Positions 24,140 to 26,300 of a stretch of DNA of 26,300 nucleotides are shown one piece after another. The stretch is from Nitrospirota bacterium. Its GTDB lineage: Bacteria > Nitrospirota > UBA9217. A model generated the notes under the pieces. It worked only from the letters and a program-made list of their open reading frames with translations. It was not told the origin of the DNA and did not search any database. The stretch spans positions 1 to 26,300 of the forward strand of contig JAOUEV010000048.1 in NCBI GenBank assembly GCA_029858565.1, given 5' to 3'. Positions within the stretch are counted from its first letter, which is position 1. Each line of letters begins with the position of its first letter. The position numbers and the translations under genes were made by a program.

Positions 24140-25216
24140 TTATTGAGCTGCTTCGCGCAGAACGGCTCCGGCGATCGAGCCGAGGGAGAGGACGCGGTCC
24201 ACGGCGCCGAGCTCGATGGCCTTTTTCGGCATGCCGAAGACCACGCAGGTTTCCTCGTCCTGGGCAATGGTCGTCGCCCCAGCCTCCCGCATCTCGAGCA
24301 TTCCCTTGGCACCGTCATCACCCATGCCGGTCATGATGACGCCGACGGCGTTCGCTCCTGCATACCGGGCAGCGGACCGGAATAGGACATCCACCGACGG
24401 CCGGTGACGGCTGACCAGCGGACCATCCTTGATCTCGACGAAATACCGGGCTCCGCTTCTCTTCAGAAGAAGATGGTGATTCCCCGGAGCGATCAGCGCC
24501 CGTCCGCGGATCACGCTGTCGTTCGTTTCAGCCTCTTTCACGGAAATGTTGCAGATGCTGTCGAGACGCTGGGCAAACGCCTTGGTGAAGTTCTCCGGCA
24601 TGTGCTGCACGATAACGATGCCCGGAGAATCGAGCGGCAGCCCCACGAGAAAATCCTTGAGCGCTTCGGTCCCGCCGGTCGATGCGCCGACAACGACCAC
24701 TTTTTCTGTCGTCTTCAGCATCGCATCCTGGCCGATCCTGGCCTTGGCGAGGATCGCGTCTGCTGTGAGCTTGGGCGGTACATCAGGATGAACGAAAGCC
24801 ATCCGCTTCAGCCGCACCGATGCCGCGGCCTTGACCGCGTCGCAGATCCTGATCTTTGCCTCCTCCAGGAACTGCTTTGCGCCCAGTCGCGGTTTTAGGA
24901 TGATCTCGACCGCGCCGTATTCCAATGCGCGCAATGCCGTTTCTGAACCGCTCTCGGCGAGGCTCGAACAGATAACCACCGGGATAGGATGCTGCGACAT
25001 GATCTTCTGCAGGAATGTGATCCCATCCATGCGCGGCATCTCGACGTCGAGCATGATCACATCAGGAACCTCGTGGCGGATGTGGTCCGCGGCGATGAAT
25101 GGGTCCGATGCCTTTGCCATGACCTCAATATCCGGATCAGATGTCAGGATGTCCGCAAGGGTTTGCCGGACCACCGCTGAATCATCGACGATCAGAACCC
25201 GTATCTTGTTTCCCAT
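24140..25216 (-). CDS. cheB: Chemotaxis response regulator protein-glutamate methylesterase
   Basis: Receiver domain (VDDS, LDVEMP) plus catalytic motifs GASTGG, VQHMP, HRPSVD and GMGDDG. Confidence 0.97.
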   Translation of the reverse strand: MGNKIRVLIVDDSAVVRQTLADILTSDPDIEVMAKASDPFIAADHIRHEVPDVIMLDVEMPRMDGITFLQKIMSQHPIPVVICSSLAESGSETALRALEYGAVEIILKPRLGAKQFLEEAKIRICDAVKAAASVRLKRMAFVHPDVPPKLTADAILAKARIGQDAMLKTTEKVVVVGASTGGTEALKDFLVGLPLDSPGIVIVQHMPENFTKAFAQRLDSICNISVKEAETNDSVIRGRALIAPGNHHLLLKRSGARYFVEIKDGPLVSRHRPSVDVLFRSAARYAGANAVGVIMTGMGDDGAKGMLEMREAGATTIAQDEETCVVFGMPKKAIELGAVDRVLSLGSIAGAVLREAAQ

Positions 25217-25230
25217 GAGTCTCTCACTTG

Positions 25231-26121
25231 CTAGGATGTCTTTCGATATACCGTCGACACAAGCCGCCGCAGTGGCAGATCGAATCCGTGTATGCTTTCC
25301 GAATGGCCGAGGAACAGATGCCCTTCCGGCTTCAGCGTACGGCAGAACCGTGTGATCAATTGCTCCTGTGTCTGGCGGTCGAAGTAAATGATCACATTCC
25401 GGCAGAAAATCACATCGAGCGGCTCGGCGAAGGTAAATGCTTCCTCCATGAGGTTTAGCCGCTGGAACTGCACGGTGCTTCTCAGTGCCGGCACAATTCG
25501 CACCTTGCTTTGTGATCGGTCCCTGCTGCGCAGCAAATATTTCTGCTTCAACGCTATCGGCACATCAGCGAGGCGCTCCGCGTCATAAATGGCATCCTTG
25601 GCGCGGTTCAGAACCCGCATGGACAGGTCCGTGGCCAGGATCGTGAAGCGGAATCCGCTGTTCTTTTCCGCGAACTCGGACAGCACCATGGCAAGAGTGT
25701 ACGGCTCTTCACCGGTTGAGCAGCCAGCGCTCCATATGAGGAATGGACGGTCTCTTTGCCCGTTCCGCTCCCGTTCTTCCACATACTCCGGCAGCACATG
25801 GTCGGTCAGGTACTGAAAATGACCGGGCTCGCGAAAGAAGTCGGTTTTGTTCGTGGTGACCGCGTCAAGCATATGGACCAATTCTTTATGCTCGCCGTCA
25901 CCGATCACGAATTCATAATATTCTGCAAATGTCTTGATGCCGAGTGTGCGCAGCCGTTTCTGCAGCCTCGCCTCAAGCATCACTTTTTTGCTCAACGGCA
26001 TCTTGATGCCGCACTGATTGCCGATGAACTCGCTGAAGCGGCCGAATTCCGACTGTGTCATGGGCCTTGCCCAAGTCTGAAATCCTGTCTGGTCCATGCA
26101 TTCCATCAGGCCGCGACGCAC
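25231..26121 (-). CDS. cheR: Chemotaxis protein methyltransferase (start may be ATG 26097)
   Basis: [31 protein letters not shown] and LFLGHSE motifs. Confidence 0.96.
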   Translation of the reverse strand: MRRGLMECMDQTGFQTWARPMTQSEFGRFSEFIGNQCGIKMPLSKKVMLEARLQKRLRTLGIKTFAEYYEFVIGDGEHKELVHMLDAVTTNKTDFFREPGHFQYLTDHVLPEYVEERERNGQRDRPFLIWSAGCSTGEEPYTLAMVLSEFAEKNSGFRFTILATDLSMRVLNRAKDAIYDAERLADVPIALKQKYLLRSRDRSQSKVRIVPALRSTVQFQRLNLMEEAFTFAEPLDVIFCRNVIIYFDRQTQEQLITRFCRTLKPEGHLFLGHSESIHGFDLPLRRLVSTVYRKTS

Positions 26122-26148
26122 AGCGCGGGCCTTTCCTATCTCCCGTTC

Positions 26149-26300
26149 TTAGCTTTGCTCCGCGCTATTCCCCGCGCTTCCCACCAGGGAAAGCTCGTCA
26201 GCGGAGAAGACCTTGTCGATGTCCAGGATGATGATGAACCGGTCGTCCCGCTTCCCCATCCCCTTGATGAACTCGGTCTTGAGCTTGGTCCCGATCCGGG
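26149..26300 (-). CDS. cheW: CheW coupling protein, C-terminal part (partial)
   Basis: RIGTKLKTEFIKGMGKRDDRFIIILDIDKVFSADEL...* directly upstream of cheR. Confidence 0.88.
   Translation of the reverse strand, partial: RIGTKLKTEFIKGMGKRDDRFIIILDIDKVFSADELSLVGSAGNSAEQS

Overview
GC-rich bacterial DNA. The gene content suggests a Gram-negative organism, plausibly Nitrospirota or Deltaproteobacteria-like (inference). Every credible gene is on the minus strand. In transcription order (right to left): (1) the end of a chemotaxis operon, cheW (partial)-cheR-cheB; (2) a 13.5 kb module with a MalT-like STAND ATPase/BTAD regulator overlapping an OmpP1/FadL-family barrel gene, a 62-aa protein preceded by an 11-bp-period direct repeat, a 2538-aa secreted RCC1/FG-GAP/Ig protein ending in a dockerin-like domain, and a Gly-linker lipoprotein that may be its cohesin-like anchor. 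This module is the best candidate for an undescribed regulated surface-display system; (3) a ~170-bp palindromic repeat element and a frameshifted pseudogene; (4) an accessory gene run behind a perfect-consensus sigma70 promoter, encoding a YdjM-like metal hydrolase, pilin-like-motif membrane proteins, a membrane ankyrin protein and an exported amidohydrolase, followed by gene remnants and an exported Sm-like protein; (5) at the left edge, a second copy of the hydrolase gene with an ACG in place of ATG and 103 bp identical to the copy 8 kb away. No RNA genes, CRISPR arrays, transposases or integrases were seen. All domain calls are by eye and need HMM or structure confirmation.
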